This document shows positions 37,423 to 51,177 of a stretch of 64,000 nucleotides of DNA, piece after piece. The notes beneath the pieces were generated by a model that saw nothing but the letters and a program-made list of their open reading frames with translations, did not search any database and was not told the origin of the DNA. The position numbers and the translations under genes were made by a program. Each line of letters opens with the position of its first letter. The stretch's first letter is position 1. Location: NCBI GenBank assembly GCA_964276515.1, contig OZ193910.1:3720001-3784000 (forward strand). Direction: 5' to 3'. Origin of the DNA: Gordius albopunctatus. Its lineage: Eukaryota.

Positions 37423-40400
37423 ATGCTTCAAGCTTTAAAAAAATTGCCCCATCTTACAATCGCCTATAAGTTTATAAAGAGAAATAGACATCACGATGTT
37501 ATCATATCGGGTGGGGGAATTGTGGGACTTTCCATGTATACTTCATTGGGTACATAAATTGTTTCTGTGTGCTCTATATATTAGTTTCAAACCCTATGTT
37601 CAAAGACAGAAAAATTACCTTAATAGAACGGACGCTTGATAAAGACAAATTTGATTTAAAAAATCCACCTATTAATTATTCAAATCCAGTATATGCAATA
37701 ACCCCTTCTAGCATAAGATTATTCAAAAGTAAATTTTGATGGGAACTTTAATTATAATTAACTTAAAGAGCTTAATATATGGAGTATAATTGAGAAAACA
37801 CGAGTACAATGTGTTCAAAAAATGCAGGTTATTACAATATTTATTATTTTTATTTAATCAGATATGGGATAGTTTTTCAGAAGCAAATCTATCTTTTGAA
37901 TCTTTTACAAATGATAGTGTGATGTTTATAGTTGAGCATGATTTAATATTATCAGCCCTTAAAGAAAAATTGTCAGGATTGCAGCATTCACAAAGCAAAG
38001 TAAAATTATAAGTGATTTTTAAAAAGTGGGAAGCCCAATTATGATTTTGAGCTAAATGTCTTTATTTTATTAATTGTTTTAAAAGATATATATACTTTCT
38101 ACGACATTTTACATTATTAGTAAAAAAAATTCATGGCAAAAGGGCATGTCTAACTTTGGTAAATAAATGGCTTATGATTTCTCACATAGATTTTGTACCA
38201 ATCTGAGGTTTCTCATTACAAACTACCTGCAACTCACAAGATTAAGACACAGCCCCTGTTAAAAGAAAATTTTGCTAACTCACCCAACAATATAAAAACA
38301 AATGTCAAACCTCTAGTAGAAGTAACTCTCAAGGATGGCCAAATCTTAACTACATCTCTTTTAGTAATTCTCTTAAAATTATTTTGTTTAAAAAAATAGT
38401 TTATTATTTTGCTTAGAAAGATCTCTTTATAATGAATTTAGTGGAAGAATTAAACATTGATAATTCACATTTAATGTAGATAGGTTCTGATGGCTACGAC
38501 TCAAGCATTCGAAAAATTTTGGATCCACCTTGTTTTTGTTGGGATTATCATCAATCATCTCTTGTAGCCACTCTCATTTTAGAAGATGTAAAATAAATTC
38601 ACATATAAAAGAAAATATTAAATAACATTTCATAGTTAAACAAATAAAAAATAAAATTTCCCATTGAATGTTTGATAAAATTTACATCAAGGGATGTGAC
38701 AACAATGTTGCCTGGCAAAAATTTACTCCACAAGGTGTTATAGCTATATTACCCCTAAATTCCCACCTCAGTTCCTTGGTGTGGTCTGTTAACAGTGCTA
38801 ATGCAAACAAGCTTGCTCAATGTTCTGATGAAGTCTTTGTGGATCATTTAAATAATGTTTTAGTAAGCATTTCTAAGTCTTTTTAACATATACAAAATCC
38901 CATTTTTAAAAAGAGTCCTTATTAATTGCAATCTGTTCAATAAATTTTAATGGGAAATATTTCATTTAATTTTATAAATTCCCTTTATCATTTAAGAAAC
39001 ATTTATCATAACAAACAAACTTTTTCCATATTAAGGTATATTAATAGCTGCCAAATGCTTATCAAACTATGTTAATTATAGTTGGCGCTTAAAAGAGACC
39101 TCTTAATGGCAAAAACACAAGGATTTCTTCTGATTATTATTAAAATTTCTTAAATTAAATTTTGTATTAAGCCCAAACTTTCCATGATTATAATTACACA
39201 AGGTTTAAATTAAAAACGTTGCTCGAGCATATTTTATATATGCAATTAATTAAATGATATTAATATATTTACTCCATTTATATGAATGTGAATTGCTATT
39301 TTAGTGGGACAGCACCTCTGACGATCCAAAACTAATTAAAATGGAGGGTTCCATGGATAGAATCATGGACATGTTGCCTTTTAAAAGTTGTGAGTTTCCC
39401 ATTATAATTTCTTACTTGCTCAAAATTATATTAGTTAGCATGGGCATAGCCAAGGGGGTAGGGGCGGTTGCTCCTCTCTAAATCCAATATTTTTTTGAAA
39501 TTTATTAAACTTATGGGGCTAAAATTTGAAAAATTGATGATTTTGCCCCTGCCTAAATCATTATTACCCCCCTCTAATCGCAATGCTGGCCGCGCCCATG
39601 TCAGTTATACAATTGGTAGGTCATGTTTTTAGAAGCTTATGGTCAACATCTTCAATTAGGGAGTCCTAATCTTTTTCGTTAAAAAATGCTTTGTTTTTCT
39701 TATAAAGGTTTACCTTCAGCCTAAATTGTTTGAATTATAAATTCACAGTTTCACTAATTTTGAGTTATTTCTTTAAGGAAATTCATTCAAAATCAATAAT
39801 ATTTATAAGAAACTTTTTAATTTTGCCCTTTTTTCTTGTATTAAAGGCATTGGGACCTTTTTAAACAGAGATTGCGTAATAGCTTTTAAAAAATCTAGTC
39901 TGACAATAGCTTTTTTCCATGGATTTAAAAACATTGTTTACGATAGTAACAATCTTCTAAATTGCAAATAGCCTACTTAGTCAACCATTTTTGGCATATT
40001 TCAGAAAAAACACATTTGTGATTGAATTTATAATGCCAACAAGCAAGTGATTTATATGTGATATTTTTAGAAATTACTTTAATAAAAGTAATAAATTTGT
40101 TTATATATATATATATAGCCTTACGGTTAATTTTAGTAAAACAGCGTAGACCCAATACGTACAAGCAATTACCACCACGCATAACGGGCGTTCAAGAGGG
40201 TAGTCGTGCGATGGTTCCCCTTAAATTTTTGTACGCCACCAGCTTTGTACAGGATAGGGTCGCTTTAGTTGGGTAAGTACATTACTTACCCCCCCCCCCG
40301 GTGGGGCAGAGAGGGGCGGCTGCCCCCTCTAAATCCAAAAATTTGTTGAAATTTATTAAAATTATGGGGCTAAAATTTGAAGAAATACTTATTTTGCCCC

Positions 40401-43400
40401 TCCCTAAATCGATATCGCCCCCCCCCTCTTCCAATGCTGGCTATGCTTATGTTAACGCTTAATGCTTTGCAAGTTTGTTTTTAAAATAAATTTGGATGTC
40501 AATAAATAATAGCCTTATGTTTTTATTAAATAAATTTTAATATTTTTGCAGTGAGTTGTGTAGTAATGACAGAGTTAGATGAAACGTATAATTCCGAGAG
40601 AAGATTCAAAAATTCTGGTGTTGTATCTTAAGAGAGTGTTTTATTCTTTTTAAGGTAGATTGTTGCTCCTCATATACTTTTGTTATACTAAATTAGATTT
40701 AAAAATAAGATATCAATCGTAATTTTAAGCCTAAAATCGTTTAATAATGTATAGGAGTAATTGAATTTTTGTTTAATTAAATTTATTATAAGAGCATAGA
40801 AGAATAGCTCATGCCAACCGTTTGCTATATGTCTAATAACGGACGTTTGAAAAGCATTTAATATATAACTTATTAATTTTGCCTTATATATTTTTTTTTT
40901 AATATTTTTAATTTAATTGTATAATACAAAAACATTATTTTTGCAATGAATTTTTATTGATTTCCATTTTATCGTAGAGATGCGTGTCATAGAGTACATC
41001 CATTGGCTGGTCAAGGTCTCAATTTAGGACTCGGCGACGTCGACTGTCTTCAGCGCGTTTTAGAAGAATCGCTATGCCAAACTGCTGACATCGGTTAAAA
41101 GATGAAATTTTTTTTTAAATATAATATTTATGATTACAAAATTGTTGAAACTAATAATTTATATAGGCATAGTTAATGAAATTATAATTGCTCTGATAAA
41201 ATATTAAAATACTGACGGATTAGTGTTTCGATCTAATCTAGGTCTCGAAAACAAAATCTCGTCTCGGCAGCGATTATGAAAATCTCGTCTCGTCTCGGGC
41301 TAGAAAAATCTCGTCTCGTCTCGACTTTTTTAAAAAAATATATACGGAATAAAAATTTCTCCTGTTTTATTAAAAATATTAAATAAGTTTTAAAAAATTA
41401 AAATGGCAAATTTTTATATTTTTTGATAAACTTTAATACACAAACTTTTTAAAGATTAAGCGAGACAATAAAGATATGAAGTTATTTAAATAATAATATT
41501 TTCTATGGAAAGTGCAGACTAAAAAACTATAAATAAATTTGAAGTATAGAAAATTAAATTTTATTGTTTTAGCAAATTAAATCACTGTCTTTGTCAACTA
41601 TATAGATTTAGAAAATAATAATTTCGGGTATAGTTGACTTAGTTGCACAATTGAGCAAATTGAGACCCTTTATTAACCCTGGCTAAAGCTTCAAAGTAGA
41701 CCTTAACATATTTAAGGCAAATATTTAAGTGCATTGGTACCATCATTAATTATAGCCCATAGTGTTTATTGCATGTTTACTATAGCGTTATAAACCACAA
41801 TGTGCGAGTGACTTTTAATGGATAATATTATTATTTACAGAATAGATAACTAGATGCAAATATAAAAACGTGTAGAAACAACAATAAAAGCAGCATTATT
41901 ATAGGATTAGAAATATGAGGTTTTAAACTCTAAATTGCACGTATTTAAATTTATGACAAAAATCATTAAAATTGAATTTATATTCCAAATAATTATCTTC
42001 CAAGTCTAACTAACTTTGACATTAAATAGTTATTTATCGAATATAGTTGAAGCATAAAAATTCTAGAAAACTCATGCTTTAGATTTAATCTATTGCGGTG
42101 TCATTAAATAATCTATTGTACTTTTGAAATCGTTAAGCGGGTGCTCAAAAATCTCGAGCCATCTTAGCTTAACTAGTTTAATTAATCAAACTGATTGACC
42201 ACCAATTTATAATTACCGCATTATGCAGGATGAATAACTGCGAAATATAAATATGCTTTGTTTATATTTACTATTCAATCAGAACTCATTCTAAGCCTAT
42301 AATTTTGTAATATTTAATAATGCTATGGATTTAAATATGTGATAAAGATATTATAAAATTAATCACATACCCTAAGGGTCAACCATACTTATGTAAATCC
42401 TGCAAAAAATATAATACTTACAGGAATTTTTTTAATGTCAAATATATTCCATACGTATTAATTTAAACTTAATACCTTAAATGTAAATCATGCAAATTAA
42501 AATACACAATAATTTACTAAAATATAACGATAAAAAAAGTCGAGATCTCGCCGAAAAAATCTCGTATCGTCTCGTCTCGACATCATAATTCTCGTCTCGA
42601 TCTCGACTCCATTTTTCGAATTCTCGTCTCGGTTTTTCGAGACGAGACCGAGATTTTTCTCGGTTTCCCCATCACTATTACGGATTAATTTCGTTTAATA
42701 GAGAAATTTTAGCACATATCTATCAAGAATCTTTCGCGAAATACTCAAAGTATGCCCTTAGGTGGTGTTCTTCTGGGTACAAAGTACATTGGTTTGAAAT
42801 TCACAATTAACATAAATAAATATTGTAATCTTTTATCATTTGAAAATGTGATTTGTAATAACAAAATTAGGGTAATTCCATCTATTAAAAGTGGAGGTAC
42901 ACGTTTTGGTAAACCAACATAATGTTCTTGTAGTGTTGTGTTAAAGTAATTTTTGTTCGACCCTTTAGTAAAAGTGTTATAAGGTTGGGTTTGTATCAGA
43001 GACCAGAAAAGCTCGACCCAGTCCGTTGTCCGAACCTGTAGGCCACCCCGGGCGGGTATTATATCAAGATTCGGGCTCAATGATAATTTTTAATAATGTA
43101 ATATATTGTTTTCATCTATTATTTTGTCACTTCTATATTTGTTTGCATCATATTTGTTAATCCTAGTTTTCATAAAAAAGAATCGGAAAACGAAATATAT
43201 TTTGAAAAAAATATGACGATCTAAACTCTAAAGCATCATTTCGGGCCGTGCAGTTCGGGCAGCTCTAATAGGGTTTGGGCAGGCCCGGTGGTCAGCTTAG
43301 TTATAAAATCGGGCCGGGTTCGGGCAGAAAATTTGTGACAAATCTGATCTCTGGTTTCTATACCCCGACGCAGCCCTACATTACGATTATCTGAAATAAC

Positions 43401-44082
43401 TGGCGCGTTGCATAAATCATAAAATGGAGGAGATTTCAACTTTGCCACAAGGAGACCTTTGTAAAAAAAGGGTTTTGCCAAATTAGCCTTAAAGTCAAAA
43501 CGAGTTTATCAAAAAATTTATATAAGTTTTTGTAATAGAGATTTTGACCAAAAAATATGAGATTCTCAATTATGATAGAATCCACCACTTGTGCATGTGC
43601 TGCAATTTAACTCATCACCCCTAAATTAACCTGCGATGTTTTGTAGTTTAAATATTTTATTTCTAATTTAGGGGATGTGTCTCATTTACGAACATATCAG
43701 ACCGAAAGGTTAAGAAAAACGGCCCCTATCGTTACAGCCATAAACGCCATAGATCAATTATACAATAGCTCAGCCGGGAATGCTCCAACCCCTATAAAAG
43801 TTATCCGCGCCTTGGGTTTACAACTAGCTGATGCGTCTCAAACCTTTAAAGTAATTTTAATTTTGAAAATTAGGACAGAAAGCTTATTATAAATTCAAAC
43901 GTTGTGAAAATTTTATCTACAAATATGTTATAAGTTGCTCTGAATAGTTATGTCAGAAGTTACTTATCTGCCCTTTTTTAGCAAATGGGTCTTTAGCATT
44001 TTTGTCGATAATTTTAATGTTTGTTGTAAATAATTTTGCATTTTCGATTACATAGACATTGAGTTTTATGATGCGATTATAA
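37423..44082 (+). CDS. COQ6: Ubiquinone biosynthesis monooxygenase COQ6 (12 exons, ~487 aa)
   Basis: Exons 37423-37549, 37585-37728, 37769-37827, 37862-37999, 38190-38363, 38480-38587, 38692-38862, 39305-39389, 40137-40272, 40978-41093, 43672-43850, 44056-44082 (last exon tentative). All introns are GT-AG with consistent phase. Motifs DVIISGGGIVG, MQIWD, LLIGSDG, AWQKF, SSLVWS, RVALVGDACHRVHPLAGQGLNLG. Confidence 0.92.
39439..39600. mobile_element. Short hAT-type MITE (CATGGGCGTAGCC family) in a COQ6 intron
   Basis: CATGGGC...GCCCATG ends, degenerate 8-bp TSD TTAGTTAG/TCAGTTAT. Related pieces at about 21400-21451, 29274-29432, 40290-40451, 45212 and 62020-62168. Confidence 0.7.
41221..42677. 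mobile_element. Non-autonomous hAT element, copy 2 (inverted relative to 35189-36709), in COQ6 intron 10
   Basis: TAGTG...CACTA ends, 8-bp TSD TGACGGAT/TTACGGAT, internal homology to copy 1. Confidence 0.85.
42997..43353. mobile_element. hAT-type MITE
   Basis: CAGAGA...TCTCTG ends, TSD GTTTGTAT/GTTTCTAT, CGGGC subterminal motifs. Confidence 0.7.
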
Positions 44083-45654
44083 AATTTCATTGCCATAAAA
44101 TGCTCATCATTTTTGTTATTTTCTTATCTAGCAACGGGTCATCAACTTTGTCTCCTAATATCCCTCAACTATTACAAATTTGTCCGTGCGTTATTATATA
44201 AAATAATTGTTTTGAACAATATGAATAAAGTCTCCTAATTTTCTGTTAACTTGCCTTCAATTTTGATAAATTGTTTGTCTTAGCGAATAGTACCCTCGAT
44301 TACGAAAAATTAATAAATTACTTATCGTTAACTTTATATATTTCTAGCATCATTCATGACATTGTTAGTATATTAATTGCATAAAAAATTTAAAATACGC
44401 TCTTTATAGATAAAGTTTTAAGTTTTATTTTGTAATTTAAGCCCCCCCCCATCTTTAAATAATAGTGTATGTGGCATTAAGCCAATGTTTAGTAATTTTT
44501 ATTACCGTGGCAATGATTTGCCCTTTTTGATTTGTAAAATTAAAATTACCCTTGGATTAATTATTTGGATTTTATGATCTCGTTTGGTTGTTCAAGGCCA
44601 CGCGTTTATTAATAGATGGTAGAATCACGATGATTGTTAATTTCGCTATTTGTTAATTTATGGTTATCTTCGCTGTTTATTATTATTGATGCGTCATCTT
44701 TGTTTTTATATCTAATCTGATTACCTCATCCATCATTATTGTTACTACTATAAAAGGAATTGTTAGTGTAAATTTAGAGAGATTATAAATTTTGAAGTTG
44801 AATAAATTTATGCGAAATATGTAATAGTACGAAAAATAAAGCTACTTAATATTTGCGGTAGTTCTAGAAAATAAATAGATTTAGTTAGAAATTAAATAAA
44901 TATTTTAAAGCGTATTTTTATAAATACGAAAGTGTAATAATTTTTTCAATTGTGACGCCACTTTTTGTTTCTTTGTATACATTAATGTAATTCCATATAT
45001 ACCTATTTGATCAAAAATACAAGTCAAGTGTTTAGCGTAGCTAGCTCTTACATTATCAACTTTAATGTTTTGCGATTTTTATTAGGATTACCACTTGTAA
45101 ATCATACGTTTATAATAAATTTAAAGCATGCAATCTTCACCCAGAGCATTATTGTGGTAGGAGTACCCAATATAAATCTAATCATTAAATACCTATAGAT
45201 ATATTTTCTGTCATGGGCATAGCCAGCATTGGGATTGGCGGCGGCGGGGGGGGGGAAGGAATGATCATTTTTCCAAATTTAGCCATGATTTTACTAAATA
45301 TTAACAATTTTTTGCACCGGCTAAGCCCATGTTTTCTGTCAAGAATCCTATTCGTTGACTTTTATCATAGCGCGTCAATGTTTTCATTCATACATAACTA
45401 ACATTTCGTTCTATGAGTTACTTAATTACTCTGCGATAACCCTCTTTCTCACTTTTAAGTTTAGTAACTAAAGAGATTTTAAAAAGGTCGGAAGAAGTAA
45501 GAGTAACACTTGGCACTTTTCTTTTTTCATTTAAAATTATTCCACCCTTCCATCCCCTTCTCGCGATCACGATGTTCACTCTAGGACCTTTAACATTCTT
45601 GTTTTTAACACGAGATGTTATAATTAAAATTTTACACATTAGGTATGATATAAC

Positions 45655-45833
45655 TAGAGTTGTTAAATTGCTAACTTTCTTCAAACTCCAGACGCGAGCA
45701 CGCACAGCACAATATGAGCTCGCTATTCGGTGCACTAAGCAGAGCAGTAGCATATAAAAATGCTCGAGGGCCGAGCAGAAACTCGAGCAGATGGTAGCTG
45801 GAGTTGAAGAAAGTTAGCAATTTAACAACTCTA
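45655..45833. mobile_element. 179-bp MITE with perfect 30-bp TIRs
   Basis: TAGAGTTGTTAAATTGCTAACTTTCTTCAA and its exact reverse complement, perfect 8-bp TSD GATATAAC. Confidence 0.92.
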
Positions 45834-46189
45834 GATATAACGCACCATTCTTTCCCCAAATTATTATACTTGGCAATATTTAAATTATACACCCTATCGA
45901 TTTTATAAAACTCACGATGTTTTTCTATTTTTTAAGGGATAAAGCTAGTTTATTGATATATATTTGGAACCACGTAATAAAATCTTAGAACTAATTTAGC
46001 ATATATACCACCGAAAGGAATTATTACGGAAATAAATAGTGGAGGTTAATATTATCCTCCATACCGAATAAGATATTTTTCGTTTTAATTAATTTTTTTT
46101 TCATGGTTAAATAGTTTATTTTCACGAAACAAAGTTACATAAATAAACGAAATACAAAAATAAAGACATATTGGTTACATACAAAGAAA

Positions 46190-46960
46190 AGATCTATATC
46201 ATTCATTATCTTCTAAAATGGGCCATGAATCGGCAAAGGATTTAAAGTTGTATCGTACAACAATAATCAATCCCTAGTTGTTGCCTGAGTAAAAAGGACG
46301 CAGAAATTTTAGATTTCGGTGAGCGTTTTCCGGTTTCTTTAAAAAACCCCATTGCCTGTTTACCGAAGGAACCGGAGCACGAGGCAACGACAGGGATAAA
46401 ACTATTGGATGCCAAAAGGGCAGATTATTTTGTAGTTTTACGTCCTTCTGCTGTAGCGATAGGGTTGTAATTAAAATGGGAAGGGGCAAATAGGTCAATG
46501 CAAGTAGAACCCAATCTGAGGGATAGGCCATTTTGCCAGGGGAATAAAGAAGAGCCATCAGGGCGCTTCCTACCTTCAAGAGAGGGATCTGAAGGCTCAA
46601 GGATTGAGGGGATTTTTGCCTTTTTAAGGGCAGCTTGAATTAATAAATTAGCTTTAGTGTGCCTAACATATTTCAATTTGTTTGTTAAGAGGGTGCCTAG
46701 CATATTCGTCTACAATGATAAGACAATTTTGACAATTGAATTCTCTGCTGTAACTAATCCCCAACCTTAAAGCTATTGAATATGATAGCTCAAAGTCTTC
46801 AAGTAGCATTCCCAAAAGTTTGCTGGGATAGGCTTTAAGCCACTCGTGACCGGAACCATCAAAAGCGAGGGACCTAAGGTTGTAAAGCTGGCTATCATTG
46901 CTGCTCGATAAAAGGTAATCAACGAAGCGCGATACTAGTCCAGAATCCCAATCCTTTATT
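46190..46960 (-). mobile_element. CRE-like 3' fragment
   Basis: GHEWLKAYPS, KYVRHTKAN, IPSILEPS..RKRPDGSSLFPWQNG. Frameshifted. Confidence 0.78.
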
Positions 46961-47444
46961 GTTCGTTTTAATTAATTTATGATCAGCATTAATTTTGGTT
47001 AACATGTCATTCAAGTCTCTATTCTTTAGCATTTATCATCTATCCTCCGACATCTTCAGCTTCGATGCTATCCACGCCAAAACGCGATAGTACGTTAGCT
47101 TAATAAAAATATTCCCGTTGCAATATATAATATCTAAGTTATAAGTTCCTATCCTAACATTACGAACCAGTGTTGTAGTCTGCTGGATATAACAAATTTT
47201 CGTTAGCTTTTATAAAATAAGACCACTAGGGGCTTACGATCCTTAATTACAGTATACGATTCATCAATTAAATATTCGTGACATCGTTGTAATCCGTACA
47301 TCATTGCGAGAGCTTCCCGTTAAATAACGGGAAATCGCACCTCTGTTTTATTTAAGTTTCGTGTAAATATAAAATAGGATGTTCAACATCATCCTCGACC
47401 TGACATTCTCTTAAAACGTGTTGTTTGTCGGGATCATTAATAGA

Positions 47445-47793
47445 CGCATAAGCCTTTGTAGGGGCACAGGGAGGGACCCATATCAGTAGAGGTATAGGCC
47501 CTTGTAGTGGAGGGCGGAGGGTAATTATCAATGTTAACCAATTCAAAAACGAAAAAAAAAATCGAATCACAATTTGGCCAATGGTCATTTTTTTCATTGG
47601 TCAGTAGCAAGCGTAAGGTCAAAAAGTCATATTTTCCGTGGTATTAACAAGAACAAAATATTAATTTAATTAAAAAAAAAATTTTTGTCCTCTCCGGGGA
47701 TTGAACTCGAACCTATAAGTCAGAAAGCCGGTGTAAATGGGTAACGGACGGACGGACCACAAAAAACGAGCCCATAAATTGCATAGCAATTAA
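47445..47793 (-). mobile_element. Partial copy of the Helentron/DINE-like element
   Basis: Reverse complement of about 31364-31740, including ATTGCTATGCAAT and (CCGT)n. Confidence 0.75.
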
Positions 47794-49069
47794 TTTTTTT
47801 TTGAATATAACTTTTAATTATAATATAAAGCCCAAATATTTGTTAAATGCAATTTCAAAGGTTAATAGCCAAATATTAACTTTAGATGATATTAGAAAGG
47901 AGGCTTTATAATAAGGCGAAAGATTTAGCTTCAATTTTTGATTTAGTACCTTCTAAACGTATTAAAAAACCAAAAAAGTATCACACTGTTTACTCTTTTG
48001 AATCTACCAATTCGTTAAAATTGATTTATATTATCCTATTATCGATAGAACAATAGCAGAATAAAACATAAGATTTCCGGAAATTAATTGTAATTTTAAA
48101 TAAGTCTTTAGAAGGTTTAAACCCTTCATCCCCTTTTTTGCGATAAATCTCTTTTATCAGAAGTAATTAATCAATCATTATGAATTAAAACTGCAAGATG
48201 CCGAAATAATAATGGTAAAAAATTATATAATGTATTATAATTCTTTACTTCGAATAAAATAAAATGCAATGATATTTTTTCACTTATTAAAATTTTGCCC
48301 TCAATTGTGTTTCCAAATTTTATTATTTTGATTAAAATAATTTTAACTATCCCAATAACTTCATGTTCATGCGAAAGATCGTTCTCATTGCTAAATGAAT
48401 TAAAACTATCTTCGTTCCACAATTGCACAAGATAGGTAATCTTCCTTAACTTTATTGAGCTTAGAACATGACTTTATAAATGTTATTCCCCCGGATGACG
48501 AGTAAAAGGCGCAATGAACTACTATTAAAAGACTCATTTTAATATTTAATGAAAAATTATCTGGGCTTTTAAACTTGTCTTACACTTTTTAACACTTTCA
48601 AAATATGCTAAAATATTATTATTAAATTTACCAAAATTCCATCCTGGTTTCAATTTAATTGTCCATCTCACATGCCTATTAACATATCTAGCACATTTTT
48701 ATGTACCACATGCACATATAAAGCCAATAGTTTTCCAAAAAATAGTTTGTACACCATTTTTTCATTTATTAGTGGTATCCCATCAAAAGTTTGACAAATT
48801 AATATTAATAACAAATTCCTGAATTTTATAGACAATTGTTAACGCATCAAAACTTTCAAGGGATAGAAAACCCCAAAAAATCCTTTAGGTGTGTCATTGG
48901 ATTCCTCAAAATATAAACAAACGCTAAGTTGTTCTGTGCATCTCACATCTCTAATTTCATCTAAAATTATCAAGTAAAATTTTGATTCATTAAATTTTGA
49001 TCGAATATTTTTATGGTTCATTTAGCCGTTAAATTTATTAGTTCATTTTAATTTTTAGGTGGTGTAAAG

Positions 49070-51177
49070 TAGAGATCTACAACGGGTCCTTTTTAGGAGG
49101 TCTGCACGCCCGTACCCGTTTTCAAAACTTCTAGGCCCGTTCGAGCCCGCCCGTAATTTTTTTTTCAACACCTCAGGGCCGTCTTAGCCCGTCCGTAATT
49201 TTTTAGGCCCGTCCGAGCCCGTCCGTAAAATTTGAGGCCCGTTCGTACCCGTTTAGAAAAAGGTCAGGCCTGTCAAAACCCGTTCAATTTTTTTAAAGAA
49301 CTCCGCCTGGCCCCATCAAAAATTTCATAAAATTTATTTTATTTTTTGACATATTTATAAAAAACATCAATAATTATCATGTTAAAATAATAAATCATCA
49401 CTTTATTTCTGAAGTTAATACACCTAAAAAATTTCAATATTTCTACCATTAAATTACTTTAAAAAATTACATAAGAATATTCCACTTTCAACAATTTACT
49501 TTTATTTTATTAATTTAAATTATTACCATTAAATTAAAATACTTTAATATAATTACACGAGAATATTCAATTTTCAATAAGCAGCTTACATTGATTTGAT
49601 TAATTTATATCAGTTAATACACCTAAGTTTTAGATTAGAACAAAAATATTTATTAAATTATAAGGCCCTAATAATTATACCAGTAAAATTTGTGATGAAA
49701 TTAAAAACAAAAATTCTAACTTTGGTGGATTGTAGCTAAGTAATTAAATTTAATTATAAAAGAATACACGATGTATAATCTTAAATTATTAGTTCTGTAA
49801 ACATTTGTAAAAAAATCGAACGCGTTCACGTTCACGTTCGTTTAAAAAGAAAAGGAACGCGTTCACGTTCGTTCAAAATTTTATGATAATTTTTTTAAAA
49901 GTTTTATTTCGACAATATAATTATAAATCAATATAATCTATTTTCTTATTTATTTTTAATAATAATTGTTTTTCAAAATTGTCTTTTGATAAGCAGGAAC
50001 GCTTGGCAGTTAATACAGCATTAGCTATACTAAAAACCTGCTCCACAGGGGCAGATGAGGGGATTGGAGTATTATACTTAATAAACAAATTTTTTAAAGG
50101 AGGAAATTTATTAAAAACATTTAATGTTTTGTCCCTCGCTTCAAAAAATTCCGACAAGATATCATCCTCCAATCCGCCCTCTACTTCCTCGTCAAAAAAA
50201 TGATATCTCGGAATTGAAAGCTCTTTCATTATCAATTCTATGGGTTTCAACCCTTTTTTCCAATAACACTAAAAGTTTATTCTTTAAAGGTTCATTTTCT
50301 CGAAGTTTAATCCAAGGCCACCTTGATACAGAGATAATACTTTTTGGACACATTTTACATTTGGTAATTATTGAATTCGATCTTTTATATGAAACGAGTG
50401 AAAAATATTTTTCATATTTTGGTCATGGCAATTTCAATTGATCTGCTGATTTTGAATATTCAGAATCTGAAGATGACGACGATATAATATTATGATTGTC
50501 CATATTGACCTATAAATTAAACTATAATTAATAATATCAAACTAATTAACTTTAATCTTATCTTCTTTTGCACGTTATAGTATGTTAAAAGTATTTCGGA
50601 ATTGGTAATAGGAAACAGGAAAAACAGCTGATTAAAAAATATAATACTTTTTGTTCAAAATTCGGATTGACATTAATTTTCAAATAAATAAAAACAAAAA
50701 AGGGTTTTTAAAATTGAACGAACGTTAAATTCGAACGCGTTCATCAAAAAAAGGAACGCGTTCACGTTCAAAGTTCACCAAAAAATAAAAGAACGCCGTT
50801 CATGAACGCTTTCATAAAATTTGAACGCGTTGATTTACTATAAATTATGTAAACAAAAATCTATAGCAAATAGAATAAAAATGTTTTAGAGACAAATTAG
50901 CGCTTGAAAAAGGAATGAATGCTACAGTATATACAAAAATTAGAGGTTAAAAAAATAGAGCAATTAATAATTTATATATTTAATAAAAATCATATATTTA
51001 TATAATTGTCTGACTTTTAAGAACCTTTATATTTCATGACCGTTTATATAATCTCTGGCCTGTTCAAGCCCGTTAAAAAAATCTCAGGCCCGACGGAGCC
51101 CGTTACATTAATTGTTAAGACCGTCCGGACCCGGCCCGTTGAAATTTTTTAATTAAAAGCCCGTCCGTACCCGCCCG
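49070..51177. mobile_element. hAT-type element with CCCGT subterminal repeats (right terminus missing)
   Basis: TAGAGATCTAC left end, CCCGT clusters at 49110-49290 and 51058-51177. Confidence 0.6.
49790..50840 (-). mobile_element. Nested internally deleted hAT element carrying the C-terminal dimerisation domain
   Basis: TAGT...ACTA ends, perfect TSD TAAATTAT, GAACGCGTTC motifs at both ends. ORF 49921-50250 has FP.LKNLFIKYNTPIPSSAPVEQVFS...RSCLSKDNFEKQLLLKIN. Confidence 0.85.
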
